The notes under the pieces were generated by a model. It did no database searches, had not been told where the DNA came from, and worked only from the letters and a program-made list of their open reading frames with translations. Below, piece by piece: positions 32,355-42,756 of a stretch of DNA of 64,000 bases. How positions within the stretch are numbered: the stretch's first letter is position 1; each line of letters begins with the position of its first letter. The translations under genes and the position numbers were made by a program. Source of the stretch: Escherichia coli (GTDB lineage Bacteria; Pseudomonadota; Gammaproteobacteria; Enterobacterales; Enterobacteriaceae); assembly GCF_050320075.1 (NCBI RefSeq), contig NZ_CP190018.1. One strand, written 5' to 3'.

Positions 32355-34289
32355 ATGTTTCAGGACAACCCGCTGCTAGCGCAGCTTAAACAGCAACTGC
32401 ATTCCCAGACGCCACGCGCTGAAGGGGTGGTAAAAGCCACAGAAAAAGGCTTTGGCTTCCTGGAAGTCGACGCGCAAAAAAGTTATTTCATTCCGCCGCC
32501 GCAGATGAAAAAAGTCATGCATGGCGACCGAATTATCGCGGTTATCCACAGTGAAAAAGAACGTGAATCCGCAGAGCCAGAAGAACTGGTTGAACCGTTC
32601 CTGACTCGTTTCGTGGGTAAAGTTCAGGGCAAAAATGACCGTCTGGCCATCGTTCCTGATCATCCACTCTTAAAAGACGCCATTCCTTGCCGCGCAGCCC
32701 GTGGCCTGAACCACGAGTTTAAAGAAGGCGACTGGGCAGTTGCCGAAATGCGCCGCCATCCGCTGAAAGGCGATCGTTCTTTCTATGCTGAACTGACACA
32801 ATACATCACTTTTGGTGACGACCACTTTGTACCGTGGTGGGTTACCCTTGCGCGCCATAATCTGGAAAAAGAAGCACCAGACGGCGTCGCTACCGAAATG
32901 CTCGATGAAGGTCTGGTTCGTGAAGATCTGACCGCGCTGGATTTTGTCACCATCGACAGTGCCAGCACAGAAGATATGGATGACGCCCTTTTCGCTAAGG
33001 CGTTGCCGGATGGCAAACTTCAGCTGATTGTGGCGATTGCCGATCCAACCGCGTGGATTGCTGAAGGCAGCAAGCTGGACAAAGCCGCGAAAATTCGCGC
33101 ATTCACCAACTATCTGCCTGGCTTCAACATCCCTATGCTGCCTCGCGAGCTTTCTGACGATCTCTGCTCACTGCGCGCCAATGAAGTCCGCCCGGTACTG
33201 GCATGCCGCATGACGCTCTCCGCTGATGGCACCATTGAAGATAATATCGAATTCTTTGCTGCCACCATCGAATCCAAAGCGAAGCTGGTGTATGACCTGG
33301 TTTCTGACTGGCTGGAAAATACCGGTGACTGGAAGCCTGAAAGTGAAGCAATTGCCGAACAAGTCCGTTTGTTAGCGCAAATTTGCCAACGCCGCGGCGA
33401 GTGGCGTCATAACCACGCACTGGTATTTAAAGATCGCCCGGATTACCGCTTTATTCTCGGTGAAAAAGGTGAAGTGCTGGATATCGTCGCCGAGCCTCGT
33501 CGCATTGCCAATCGTATCGTCGAAGAAGCGATGATTGCCGCTAACATTTGTGCGGCCCGCGTACTGCGCGATAAGCTCGGTTTTGGCATCTATAACGTGC
33601 ATATGGGCTTTGATCCGGCGAATGCCGACGCGCTGGCAGCGTTGCTGAAAACCCACGGTCTGCATATCGATGCCGAAGAAGTGCTCACGCTGGACGGTTT
33701 CTGCAAACTGCGTCGTGAACTGGATGCGCAACCAACTGGTTTCCTCGACAGCCGCATTCGTCGCTTCCAGTCATTTGCTGAAATTAGCACTGAACCCGGT
33801 CCTCACTTTGGCCTCGGTCTGGAGGCATACGCCACCTGGACTTCGCCGATCCGTAAATATGGCGACATGATCAACCACCGTCTGCTGAAAGCGGTTATCA
33901 AAGGCGAAACTGCGACGCGTCCGCAGGATGAAATCACTGTCCAAATGGCCGAGCGTCGCCGTCTCAACCGAATGGCAGAACGTGATGTTGGCGACTGGTT
34001 ATACGCACGCTTCCTGAAAGACAAAGCCGGGTCCGACACCCGTTTCGCGGCGGAAATTGTCGATATCAGCCGTGGCGGCATGCGTGTGCGTTTGGTTGAT
34101 AACGGCGCTATTGCCTTTATTCCGGCACCTTTCTTACACGCTGTGCGCGATGAACTGGTTTGCAGCCAGGAAAACGGCACTGTACAAATTAAAGGTGAAA
34201 CGGCTTACAAAGTGACTGACGTTATTGACGTCACCATTGCCGAAGTCCGCATGGAAACCCGCAGCATTATTGCGCGCCCGGTCGCGTAA
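32355..34289 (+). CDS. rnb: Exoribonuclease II (RNase II)
   Basis: 644 aa, [39 protein letters not shown]…; RNB catalytic domain plus S1 domain. Confidence 0.95.
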   Translation: MFQDNPLLAQLKQQLHSQTPRAEGVVKATEKGFGFLEVDAQKSYFIPPPQMKKVMHGDRIIAVIHSEKERESAEPEELVEPFLTRFVGKVQGKNDRLAIVPDHPLLKDAIPCRAARGLNHEFKEGDWAVAEMRRHPLKGDRSFYAELTQYITFGDDHFVPWWVTLARHNLEKEAPDGVATEMLDEGLVREDLTALDFVTIDSASTEDMDDALFAKALPDGKLQLIVAIADPTAWIAEGSKLDKAAKIRAFTNYLPGFNIPMLPRELSDDLCSLRANEVRPVLACRMTLSADGTIEDNIEFFAATIESKAKLVYDLVSDWLENTGDWKPESEAIAEQVRLLAQICQRRGEWRHNHALVFKDRPDYRFILGEKGEVLDIVAEPRRIANRIVEEAMIAANICAARVLRDKLGFGIYNVHMGFDPANADALAALLKTHGLHIDAEEVLTLDGFCKLRRELDAQPTGFLDSRIRRFQSFAEISTEPGPHFGLGLEAYATWTSPIRKYGDMINHRLLKAVIKGETATRPQDEITVQMAERRRLNRMAERDVGDWLYARFLKDKAGSDTRFAAEIVDISRGGMRVRLVDNGAIAFIPAPFLHAVRDELVCSQENGTVQIKGETAYKVTDVIDVTIAEVRMETRSIIARPVA

Positions 34290-34523
34290 TCTCCTTTCAC
34301 GGCCCATTCCTCATGAATGGGCCGTTTATTTCCCCGCTCCACCTTCGTCATATCCCGGCAGATTTTTAACTGACTTTCGTTTGAAAACTGGCGTTTTTCC
34401 AAAACTGGATTACAAATAAATATATAAAAAAAACAATGCGTTTAGCCGCCGTTAATTTCATGTAAGTCATGTTGTTCCTTTTATTTAACCGCGGACTCCG
34501 CTGTTAACCGGAGGATATGCATC

Positions 34524-36509
34524 ATGAAAACCGTTAGGGAGTCCACAACGTTGTACAACTTTCTCGGATCGCACAATCCATACTGGCGGTTAACGGAAAG
34601 CAGCGATGTTTTGCGCTTTTCTACCACCGAAACCACAGAACCTGAACGTACGTTGCAGTTATCTGCCGAACAGGCTGCTCGCATCAGGGAAATGACAGTC
34701 ATCACTTCCAGTCTGATGATGAGTCTGACCGTCGATGAAAGCGATCTTTCTGTGCATCTGGTAGGACGAAAAATCAATAAACGGGAATGGGCTGGCAACG
34801 CGTCGGCATGGCATGACACACCGGCGGTTGCTCGTGATTTATCACACGGGCTTTCCTTTGCTGAGCAGGTAGTTTCTGAAGCACATTCCGCAATAGTGAT
34901 TCTCGACAGTCGGGGGAATATCCAGCGCTTCAATCGGTTATGTGAAGATTACACAGGGTTGAAAGAACACGACGTCATTGGGCAAAGCGTGTTTAAACTG
35001 TTTATGAGCCGTCGTGAAGCTGCGGCATCCAGGCGCAATAACCGTGTATTTTTTCGAAGCGGCAATGCATATGAAGTCGAACTGTGGATACCAACACGTA
35101 AAGGCCAGCGGCTGTTTCTGTTTCGCAATAAATTTGTCCACAGCGGCAGTGGCAAAAACGAGATTTTTTTAATCTGTTCCGGCACCGACATTACCGAAGA
35201 GCGCCGCGCTCAGGAGCGACTGCGCATTCTGGCAAATACCGACAGTATCACCGGACTGCCGAATCGTAACGCAATGCAGGAGTTAATCGATCACGCTATT
35301 AATCAGGCAGATAACAATAAAGTTGGGGTTGTGTATCTTGATTTGGATAATTTTAAAAAGGTCAACGACGCCTATGGGCATTTGTTTGGTGACCAGCTAT
35401 TACGCGACGTGTCATTGGCCATTTTAAGCTGTCTGGAGCATGACCAGGTTTTGGCGCGTCCAGGTGGCGATGAGTTTCTGGTACTGGCATCCAATACCTC
35501 ACAAAGCGCGCTGGAAGCAATGGCATCACGAATTTTGACTCGCTTACGACTCCCCTTCCGCATTGGTTTAATTGAAGTTTATACCAGCTGTTCAGTGGGT
35601 ATTTCACTCTCTCCCGAACATGGTTCGGACAGCGCGGCTATTATTCGTCACGCCGACACAGCAATGTACACAGCGAAGGAAGGCGGACGAGGACAATTTT
35701 GCGTTTTTACTCCAGAAATGAATCAGCGGGTATTTGAATATCTCTGGCTGGATACCAACTTGCGTAAAGCACTGGAAAACGATCAGTTGGTTATTCACTA
35801 TCAACCGAAAATCACCTGGCGTGGCGAAGTGCGCAGTCTGGAAGCTCTAGTACGTTGGCAGTCAACTGAACGTGGGTTGATTCCACCGTTGGACTTCATT
35901 TCCTACGCCGAAGAGTCAGGGCTCATTGTGCCTTTAGGCCGTTGGGTGATTCTCGATGTCGTACGCCAGGTGGCAAAGTGGCGGGATAAAGGTATTAACC
36001 TGCGAGTGGCGGTAAACATTTCTGCACGTCAGCTCGCCGATCAAACCATTTTCACCGCCCTGAAACAGGTTCTCCAGGAACTCAATTTTGAATACTGCCC
36101 TATTGATGTTGAACTGACGGAGAGCTGCCTGATTGAGAATGATGAACTGGCACTTTCTGTTATTCAACAATTTAGCCAACTAGGTGCGCAAGTGCATCTG
36201 GACGATTTTGGTACCGGCTACTCTTCACTTTCGCAACTGGCGCGCTTTCCGATCGATGCGATTAAACTTGACCAGGTTTTTGTTCGAGATATTCACAAAC
36301 AACCTGTATCGCAGTCGCTAGTCCGGACGATCGTCGCTGTGGCCCAGGCATTGAATCTTCAGGTGATCGCTGAAGGTGTGGAGAGTAAAAAGGAAGATGC
36401 TTTTTTAACCAAGAACGGGATCAATGAGCGGCAAGGATTTTTGTTTGCCAAACCGATGCCCGCCGTCGCCTTCGAACGTTGGTATAAACGCTATCTGAAG
36501 CGCGCATAA
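34524..36509 (+). CDS. pdeR: Cyclic-di-GMP phosphodiesterase PdeR (YciR/Gmr), PAS–GGDEF–EAL
   Basis: 661 aa; GGDEF-type region (…RPGGDEFLVL…) and EAL domain; synteny after rnb. Confidence 0.9.
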   Translation: MKTVRESTTLYNFLGSHNPYWRLTESSDVLRFSTTETTEPERTLQLSAEQAARIREMTVITSSLMMSLTVDESDLSVHLVGRKINKREWAGNASAWHDTPAVARDLSHGLSFAEQVVSEAHSAIVILDSRGNIQRFNRLCEDYTGLKEHDVIGQSVFKLFMSRREAAASRRNNRVFFRSGNAYEVELWIPTRKGQRLFLFRNKFVHSGSGKNEIFLICSGTDITEERRAQERLRILANTDSITGLPNRNAMQELIDHAINQADNNKVGVVYLDLDNFKKVNDAYGHLFGDQLLRDVSLAILSCLEHDQVLARPGGDEFLVLASNTSQSALEAMASRILTRLRLPFRIGLIEVYTSCSVGISLSPEHGSDSAAIIRHADTAMYTAKEGGRGQFCVFTPEMNQRVFEYLWLDTNLRKALENDQLVIHYQPKITWRGEVRSLEALVRWQSTERGLIPPLDFISYAEESGLIVPLGRWVILDVVRQVAKWRDKGINLRVAVNISARQLADQTIFTALKQVLQELNFEYCPIDVELTESCLIENDELALSVIQQFSQLGAQVHLDDFGTGYSSLSQLARFPIDAIKLDQVFVRDIHKQPVSQSLVRTIVAVAQALNLQVIAEGVESKKEDAFLTKNGINERQGFLFAKPMPAVAFERWYKRYLKRA

Positions 36510-36655
36510 GTAGATGAATATATATACTTAGCGATATATTCCGTCATTATATATCGTATTACTGGATGATAATTAGCCGTTGCTGTTAAACACTTCTCTT
36601 TTAGCGGCAATTTTTGCATTATTCCTTTTCCACTTTTGCTATAAGGATGTCCTTG

Positions 36656-36829
36656 ATGTCTGAATTTGATGCCCAGCGCGTTGCCGAACGTATTGATATT
36701 GTGTTAGATATCCTTGTGGCAGGCGATTACCACTCTGCGATCCATAATCTCGAGATACTTAAAGCAGAACTCTTGCGCCAGGTTGCTGAATCTACGCCAG
36801 ACATCCCGAAGGCACCGTGGGAGATTTAA
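36656..36829 (+). CDS. yciZ: UPF0509 small protein YciZ
   Basis: In-frame ATG at 36656 gives the 57-aa [40 protein letters not shown]… product. Confidence 0.8.
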
Positions 36830-36918
36830 CAATCGTGCCTTCAGGTTTTCCTATTTGAGGATGCCCGGCGCGTCAGTATTTTTTTATTTAGTATTATAAC
36901 GTTATAAGAATTACAGCG

Positions 36919-37668
36919 ATGAATTCCCGACAACAAACAATTCTACAGATGGTCATTGACCAGGGTCAGGTTAGCGTAACCGATCTGGCAAAAGCCACTG
37001 GAGTTTCTGAAGTTACCATTCGCCAGGATCTCAACACCCTCGAAAAACTGAGTTACCTCCGCCGTGCACATGGCTTTGCAGTATCGCTTGATAGTGATGA
37101 CGTCGAAACTCGTATGATGAGCAACTATACGCTGAAGCGTGAACTCGCCGAGTTTGCCGCGTCACTGGTTCAACCGGGCGAAACCATCTTTATCGAAAAT
37201 GGCAGCAGCAATGCCCTGCTCGCCCGGACTCTGGGCGAGCAGAAGAAAAATGTCACTATCATCACGGTCAGCAGCTACATCGCGCATTTGCTGAAAGACG
37301 CGCCTTGTGAAGTTATTTTGCTCGGTGGCGTGTACCAGAAAAATAGCGAAAGTATGGTTGGTCCTTTGACACGCCAGTGCATCCAACAGGTGCATTTCAG
37401 CAAAGCATTTATTGGTATTGATGGCTGGCAACCTGAAACTGGGTTTACCGGTCGCGATATGATGCGTACCGATGTGGTCAATGCCGTGCTGGAAAAAGAG
37501 TGCGAAGCGATAGTCCTGACTGACAGCTCGAAATTTGGTGCTGTACATTCATACTCCATCGGCCCCGTTGAGCGATTCAATCGCGTGATTACCGATTCGA
37601 AAATACGCGCCAGCGATCTGATGCATCTTGAGCACAGTAAACTCACCGTTCACGTCGTTGACATTTAA
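36919..37668 (+). CDS. yciT: DeoR-family transcriptional regulator YciT
   Basis: 249 aa; N-terminal DeoR-type HTH ([31 protein letters not shown]) and sugar-binding-type C-terminal domain. Confidence 0.9.
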   Translation: MNSRQQTILQMVIDQGQVSVTDLAKATGVSEVTIRQDLNTLEKLSYLRRAHGFAVSLDSDDVETRMMSNYTLKRELAEFAASLVQPGETIFIENGSSNALLARTLGEQKKNVTIITVSSYIAHLLKDAPCEVILLGGVYQKNSESMVGPLTRQCIQQVHFSKAFIGIDGWQPETGFTGRDMMRTDVVNAVLEKECEAIVLTDSSKFGAVHSYSIGPVERFNRVITDSKIRASDLMHLEHSKLTVHVVDI

Positions 37669-37936
37669 CCATTTCCCTTCTCTACGGATGATTTGCTGTT
37701 TTGCAAATCATCCGCTCTAAGATGATTCCTGGTTGATAATTAAGACTATTTACCTGTTATTAACACTCTCAAGATATAAAATTATTATCAGCGATATAAC
37801 AGGAAGTCATTATCACCTGCGTGATATAACCCTGCGCGCGAGCGGATTTCACGGAATAATTTCACCAGGCTTATTCTTAGCTATTATAGTTATAGTGAGC
37901 TTACTTCCGTGAATCATAAATTCAGGAGAGAGTATT

Positions 37937-38155
37937 ATGTTTGTAACGAGCAAAAAAATGACCGCGGCTGTTCTGGCAATTACCCTGGCAATGTCTCTGA
38001 GTGCCTGTTCTAACTGGTCTAAACGAGACCGTAACACCGCAATTGGCGCGGGTGCAGGTGCATTAGGCGGTGCAGTACTGACCGATGGCAGTACGCTGGG
38101 TACATTAGGTGGTGCTGCCGTCGGTGGTGTTATTGGTCACCAGGTCGGTAAATAA
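37937..38155 (+). CDS. osmB: Osmotically inducible lipoprotein OsmB
   Basis: 72 aa, lipobox (LSAC) followed by a Gly/Ala-rich repeat body (GAGAGALGGAVLTDG…). Confidence 0.95.
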   Translation: MFVTSKKMTAAVLAITLAMSLSACSNWSKRDRNTAIGAGAGALGGAVLTDGSTLGTLGGAAVGGVIGHQVGK

Positions 38156-38251
38156 TCGTAAATAAATGTCGATTATCGACTCGCAATTATAATACGCTTG
38201 ATTCTGTTCAGTACGAAATAACTGAATAATACACACAGTAAAATATTCGAA

Positions 38252-38277
38252 AGCCACGGATATATCCGTGGCTTTTT
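38252..38277. terminator. Bidirectional intrinsic terminator between osmB and yciH
   Basis: Hairpin agccacgga-tata-tccgtggct followed by ttttt on the plus strand and an A/T-rich run on the minus strand. Coordinates approximate. Confidence 0.6.
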
Positions 38278-38280
38278 ATG

Positions 38281-38607
38281 TTAACCGCCTGCGAGTTTTA
38301 CCTTCATCCCTTTCGCTTCAAGTAGTGATTTTAATAAATCACGCTTATCGCCCTGGATTTCAATAACTCCATCTTTAACTGCTCCGCCGCAGCCGCATTT
38401 TTTCTTCAGTTCCGCTGCAAGTTTTGTCAGTTCGGCATCATCGAGATCGACACCGGTAATCAAGCAAACGCCCTTACCTTTACGTCCACTGGTCTGACGC
38501 TGAATACGCACCACACCGTCGCCTTTAGGGCGTACAGGGGCCGCTTTTGGCTCATCAATACGTCCGGTTTCCGTTGAGTAGACCAGACGGCTGTTGGAAT
38601 CACTCAT
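38281..38607 (-). CDS. yciH: SUI1/eIF1-family translation-associated protein YciH
   Basis: [21 protein letters not shown]… (108 aa from the second ATG; the track ORF starts one codon earlier at 38610). Confidence 0.85.
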   Translation of the reverse strand: MSDSNSRLVYSTETGRIDEPKAAPVRPKGDGVVRIQRQTSGRKGKGVCLITGVDLDDAELTKLAAELKKKCGCGGAVKDGVIEIQGDKRDLLKSLLEAKGMKVKLAGG

Positions 38608-39344
38608 CATGCACTCCGCTGTAAAGAGGCGTTGATCGCTTTCAGCGTCTGCGCTGGATCTACCGATTGCGTTATCGGGCGACCAATCACCATATAATCA
38701 ACACCAGCCGCCGACGCCTGTTCTGGCGTCATAATGCGGCGCTGGTCACCAGCTTCACTCCCCTGCGGACGAATGCCCGGCGTAACCAGTTTGAACTCCT
38801 GACCAAATACCTGTTTAAAGCGCGCAGCTTCCTGAGCAGAACACACCACACCATCAAGGCCACATTTTTGCGTCAGTGCTGCCAGACGTTCTGCATAATC
38901 TGCAGGTGACAGTGTCACGCCAAGATCGGCCAGGTCGCTGGCTTCCATGCTGGTCAATACTGTCACAGCAATCAAAAGCGGTGCATCTTTGCCAAACGGC
39001 ACCAGTGCCTCACGCGCTGCGGTCATCATACGCGCCCCACCGGAGGCATGAACATTCACCATCCACACGCCTAAGTCAGCTGCAGCAGCGACAGCGTGCG
39101 CTGCAGTGTTGGGAATATCGTGAAATTTCAGGTCGAGGAAGATATCAAAACCCCGTTGTTGAAGTTCGCGTACAAATTGAGGTCCAAACAGCGTAAACAT
39201 CTCTTTGCCGACTTTCAGACGACAATCGCGTGGGTCGATCTTGTCGACAAAGGCCAGCGCGTCATCACGATTATGATAATCAAGGGCAACAACCACAGGA
39301 GAATTCGTAACAGCGCGGGAAGAAGATGAAGCAGTTAACGTCAT
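38607..39344 (-). CDS. pyrF: Orotidine-5'-phosphate decarboxylase
   Basis: Track ORF extends to 39404; the in-frame start [33 protein letters not shown]… gives 245 aa. Confidence 0.9.
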   Translation of the reverse strand: MTLTASSSSRAVTNSPVVVALDYHNRDDALAFVDKIDPRDCRLKVGKEMFTLFGPQFVRELQQRGFDIFLDLKFHDIPNTAAHAVAAAADLGVWMVNVHASGGARMMTAAREALVPFGKDAPLLIAVTVLTSMEASDLADLGVTLSPADYAERLAALTQKCGLDGVVCSAQEAARFKQVFGQEFKLVTPGIRPQGSEAGDQRRIMTPEQASAAGVDYMVIGRPITQSVDPAQTLKAINASLQRSA

Positions 39345-39535
39345 GACCAGACCTTCTTGATGATGGGCACCGGAAGTGGCGCGAAACAGGTAAACGGCGA
39401 GCATTCTACCCGTGGAAATAAAAAATTAACAGTTGCGATTTCTCCCCTGGCAGGCTTTTCTGCGCCTGAGTTACCGGAGCACAATGGAACATCAACAATT
39501 AGTATGTTGTAACTAAAGTCGGATTTTTTTAAAAA

Positions 39536-40705
39536 TTACAGGCCATCAAGACCGCGAATCGGTTTAATGGTTGACCAGGCCCGACAAGACGGACAATGCC
39601 AGTAGAGAGCGTATGCGGTAAAACCACATTTCTGGCAGCGATAACGAGGCTTACTACGCACCTTCTCGCCAACCATGTCACGCAGCACCATCAGACTCTC
39701 TTTGGCACGCCCTTCTTCCGCTTCATTTAAGTGGTAATCCATAAGCTTATGGAACACACGCATGGTCGGATGACGCTGAAGCTGACGCGTAATATAGACC
39801 TGTGCGGCCTCACTACCGTCGCGCGCTTCGATGATGTCCGCAAGCATCAGTTCAGCATCGGCACCGGTGTTCTCTTCCACCGCGCGCTGCAGGAACTCTG
39901 CCCATTCGGCAGTTTTACCCAACTGCTGGTAGCAGGTTTGCAGCATTTCCAGCGTTTCGCTGACCAGTTCTCTGTCCTGGGATATCACGCGTTGCAGACT
40001 TTCGACGGCTTTGGCGTATTCTCCTTTCGCCATAAATACGCGTCCCATCATGATGGATACGCGGGCGCTGTTTTTATCTGCCGCCGCACCTTTTTTTAAC
40101 AAGGCCATGGCACGATCGAGATCGTCGCTGGCCATATGCTGCAGGGCTAACTCACAGTAGAAATGGGCAATTTCGACGCGCTGTTTATCTTTACCCAGCT
40201 TCACCAGGCGTTCGGCAACATCAATTGCTTTCTGCCACTCGCTGGTAGCCTGGTAGATTTGTAGCAACTGTTGCAGCGCGCCAATGCGGAAGTCAGTTTC
40301 ATCGGTCAGCTGATTGAACATGTCTTCCGCGCGGTCGTATAACCCGGCGGCCATGTAATCACGCCCCAGTTGTTGAATCGCCAACAGACGCTGTTCATAG
40401 GTCAGCGAGGCGCTTTCCATTAGGGTCTGATGGATGCGAATAGCGCGATCAACTTCGCCACGCGAACGGAACAGGTTTCCGAGCGTAAGGTGGGCTTCAA
40501 CGGTACCCGTATCCTCTTTAAGCATATCGAGAAACAGGTCTACCGCTTTATCCTGTTGATTACTAAGCAGAAAGTTAACCCCCGCTACGTAATCACGCGA
40601 CAAGCGGTTGGCTTCATCTTGCTTGTTTTGTTGCGCACTTCTGCGGCCCATATACCAGCCATAGGCAGCGGCTACAGGCAAAAGCAGAAACAACAACTCC
40701 AGCAT
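39536..40705 (-). CDS. lapB: LPS assembly regulator LapB (YciM): TPR repeats plus C-terminal rubredoxin-like zinc finger
   Basis: 389 aa; N-terminal TM segment, TPR region, C-terminal CQKCGF…CPSC motif. Confidence 0.9.
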   Translation of the reverse strand: MLELLFLLLPVAAAYGWYMGRRSAQQNKQDEANRLSRDYVAGVNFLLSNQQDKAVDLFLDMLKEDTGTVEAHLTLGNLFRSRGEVDRAIRIHQTLMESASLTYEQRLLAIQQLGRDYMAAGLYDRAEDMFNQLTDETDFRIGALQQLLQIYQATSEWQKAIDVAERLVKLGKDKQRVEIAHFYCELALQHMASDDLDRAMALLKKGAAADKNSARVSIMMGRVFMAKGEYAKAVESLQRVISQDRELVSETLEMLQTCYQQLGKTAEWAEFLQRAVEENTGADAELMLADIIEARDGSEAAQVYITRQLQRHPTMRVFHKLMDYHLNEAEEGRAKESLMVLRDMVGEKVRSKPRYRCQKCGFTAYALYWHCPSCRAWSTIKPIRGLDGL

Positions 40706-40711
40706 AGAAAG

Positions 40712-41020
40712 TTATTCCTTCGCCGCTGACGAATGCGGCGCTACAGCCACGTCAGTCGCGGGTGAAAGCTGGTTTTCCAGTCGCTTTATTTTACGTTCAG
40801 CGCGCGCCAGGGAAACACGAACTCGCAGCCAGAACAGACCGCAAATCAGCCAACCGATAGCAAACCCCGCAGCAAACAATACCGCCAGCAATGTGGAAAT
40901 ACGGTACTCCCCTTGCGCTAACAGATAATTAAACGTCACCTGTTGATCGTTCTGCGCACCTAACGTGACCGAAATCACGAAGATCGCTAACACCAGTAAG
41001 AAAATGAGTAAATATTTCAC
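40712..41020 (-). CDS. lapA: LPS assembly protein LapA (YciS)
   Basis: 102-aa two-TM ORF (MKYLLIFLLVLAIFVISVTLGAQNDQQVTFNYLLAQGEYRIST…) immediately upstream of lapB. Confidence 0.9.
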   Translation of the reverse strand: MKYLLIFLLVLAIFVISVTLGAQNDQQVTFNYLLAQGEYRISTLLAVLFAAGFAIGWLICGLFWLRVRVSLARAERKIKRLENQLSPATDVAVAPHSSAAKE

Positions 41021-41168
41021 ATTACTTCCCGTTATGTGGTTAGAGCGAATAAATTATGGTCAACTTACCGCAATAGCCCTTTAAAGTACCATTTTCGCGC
41101 CGTCTGCGAAATGGCATCCACGCGCATTGTTGATGATTTAAGGGCTAAATTCGGAAAATCAACCAGCG

Positions 41169-41933
41169 TTAACTTTCTTGTTCTCGTTGTGCAATTTCGC
41201 GATTTTCTTCCACAGGTGGTGTTAATGGCCCACAAATTCGTTGCGCAAGCCACGTTGCCACCGCCACCAGCGCCCACGAAATCAACGTAGCTACCACCAG
41301 ATCGCGTGGCCAATGCATCCCGAGCAGCAGGCGGCTTCCCATGACTCCCGTTGCCCAGACCAACAAGATAGCAATGGTTAACGTTCGACGACGCGGCCAC
41401 AGCAAACCAACGGCCAGCAGAGCCCAACTGGCAGCAAACATCGTGTGACCGGAAGGAAAGGCAAACCCCGTCTCTTTTTGCCAGTGTGAACGCAAATATT
41501 GTGGGATATTTTTCTCTTCAGCCAACTGTTCTTTCACTAGATTTCCGCGTTCTGCTCGCTTTAAAGTGTAGAACTCATCAACCGGAATATGATGTATTTT
41601 TTCCAGCCAGATAACAAAAGGTCGTGGTTCCTGGACTTTGTCTTTGATCCAGGATTTAACTCCTTGTCCCACAAGGATTGCCGCCGCCAGAATGGCAAAT
41701 AACATAATGGCAGCCTTAATGCGAAAACGCAGACACCAGAGAAACCAGCCGAATAAAATCAAATGTGTAATGACGCCCCAGGGCTGGGTGACAGTTTCAG
41801 TAACCCAAAAAGCCGCTTTTAGTAGCCAACTTTGTTCTCCAGGTTGCCAACGCCAGCCAGAAATCCATACGGCTACTGGCATAACAAGCAATAGTGCAGC
41901 TCCCACTGCGGTACGTCTGGCAATCGAACGCAT
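41169..41933 (-). CDS. pgpB: Phosphatidylglycerophosphatase B (PAP2 family)
   Basis: 254-aa membrane ORF; contains PSGH, a PAP2-type phosphatase motif; divergent from ribA. Confidence 0.9.
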   Translation of the reverse strand: MRSIARRTAVGAALLLVMPVAVWISGWRWQPGEQSWLLKAAFWVTETVTQPWGVITHLILFGWFLWCLRFRIKAAIMLFAILAAAILVGQGVKSWIKDKVQEPRPFVIWLEKIHHIPVDEFYTLKRAERGNLVKEQLAEEKNIPQYLRSHWQKETGFAFPSGHTMFAASWALLAVGLLWPRRRTLTIAILLVWATGVMGSRLLLGMHWPRDLVVATLISWALVAVATWLAQRICGPLTPPVEENREIAQREQES

Positions 41934-42102
41934 GGCCTCTCCTTTTTGATAAGTCCCACAATCATAACTGAAAATGCCAGTTCCAGGAAAAATTGACAGA
42001 TTTGTGCCATTCCGTGAACGATCGACGCGTCGTGATTAGGTGAACCCCTTCTCGTTATGGCAAAATAAGCCAATACAGAACCAGCATTATCTGGAGAATT
42101 TC

Positions 42103-42693
42103 ATGCAGCTTAAACGTGTGGCAGAAGCCAAACTGCCAACCCCATGGGGCGATTTCCTGATGGTGGGATTTGAAGAACTGGCAACCGGACACGATCATGT
42201 CGCGCTAGTCTATGGCGATATTTCCGGGCATACCCCGGTACTTGCGCGCGTCCATTCCGAATGTCTGACCGGTGACGCCCTGTTCAGCTTGCGCTGCGAT
42301 TGTGGCTTCCAGCTCGAAGCGGCACTGACGCAAATTGCCGAAGAAGGCCGTGGTATTTTGCTGTATCACCGTCAGGAAGGTCGTAACATTGGTCTGCTGA
42401 ATAAAATCCGCGCTTATGCACTGCAGGATCAAGGTTACGATACCGTAGAGGCTAACCACCAGTTAGGCTTCGCCGCTGATGAGCGCGACTTCACTCTTTG
42501 CGCTGATATGTTCAAACTCCTTGGCGTCAATGAAGTCCGCTTGTTAACCAATAACCCGAAAAAAGTCGAAATTCTGACCGAAGCAGGGATTAATATTGTT
42601 GAACGCGTACCGTTGATTGTAGGTCGTAACCCCAATAACGAACATTATCTCGATACCAAAGCCGAGAAAATGGGTCATTTGCTGAACAAATAA
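42103..42693 (+). CDS. ribA: GTP cyclohydrolase II
   Basis: In-frame ATG at 42103 ([25 protein letters not shown]…) gives 196 aa; zinc-binding CxxC…C region ([18 protein letters not shown]). Confidence 0.95.
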
Positions 42694-42715
42694 CCCTCTT
42701 GCATTGTGTAATTCA

Positions 42716-42750
42716 TTTGCTTGCCGGAAGCAAAATAACCGGCAAGCAAA
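42716..42750. terminator. Bidirectional terminator between ribA and acnA
   Basis: 12-bp perfect inverted repeat tttgcttgccgg / ccggcaagcaaa between the convergent stop codons. Coordinates approximate. Confidence 0.6.
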
Positions 42751-42756
42751 TACTCG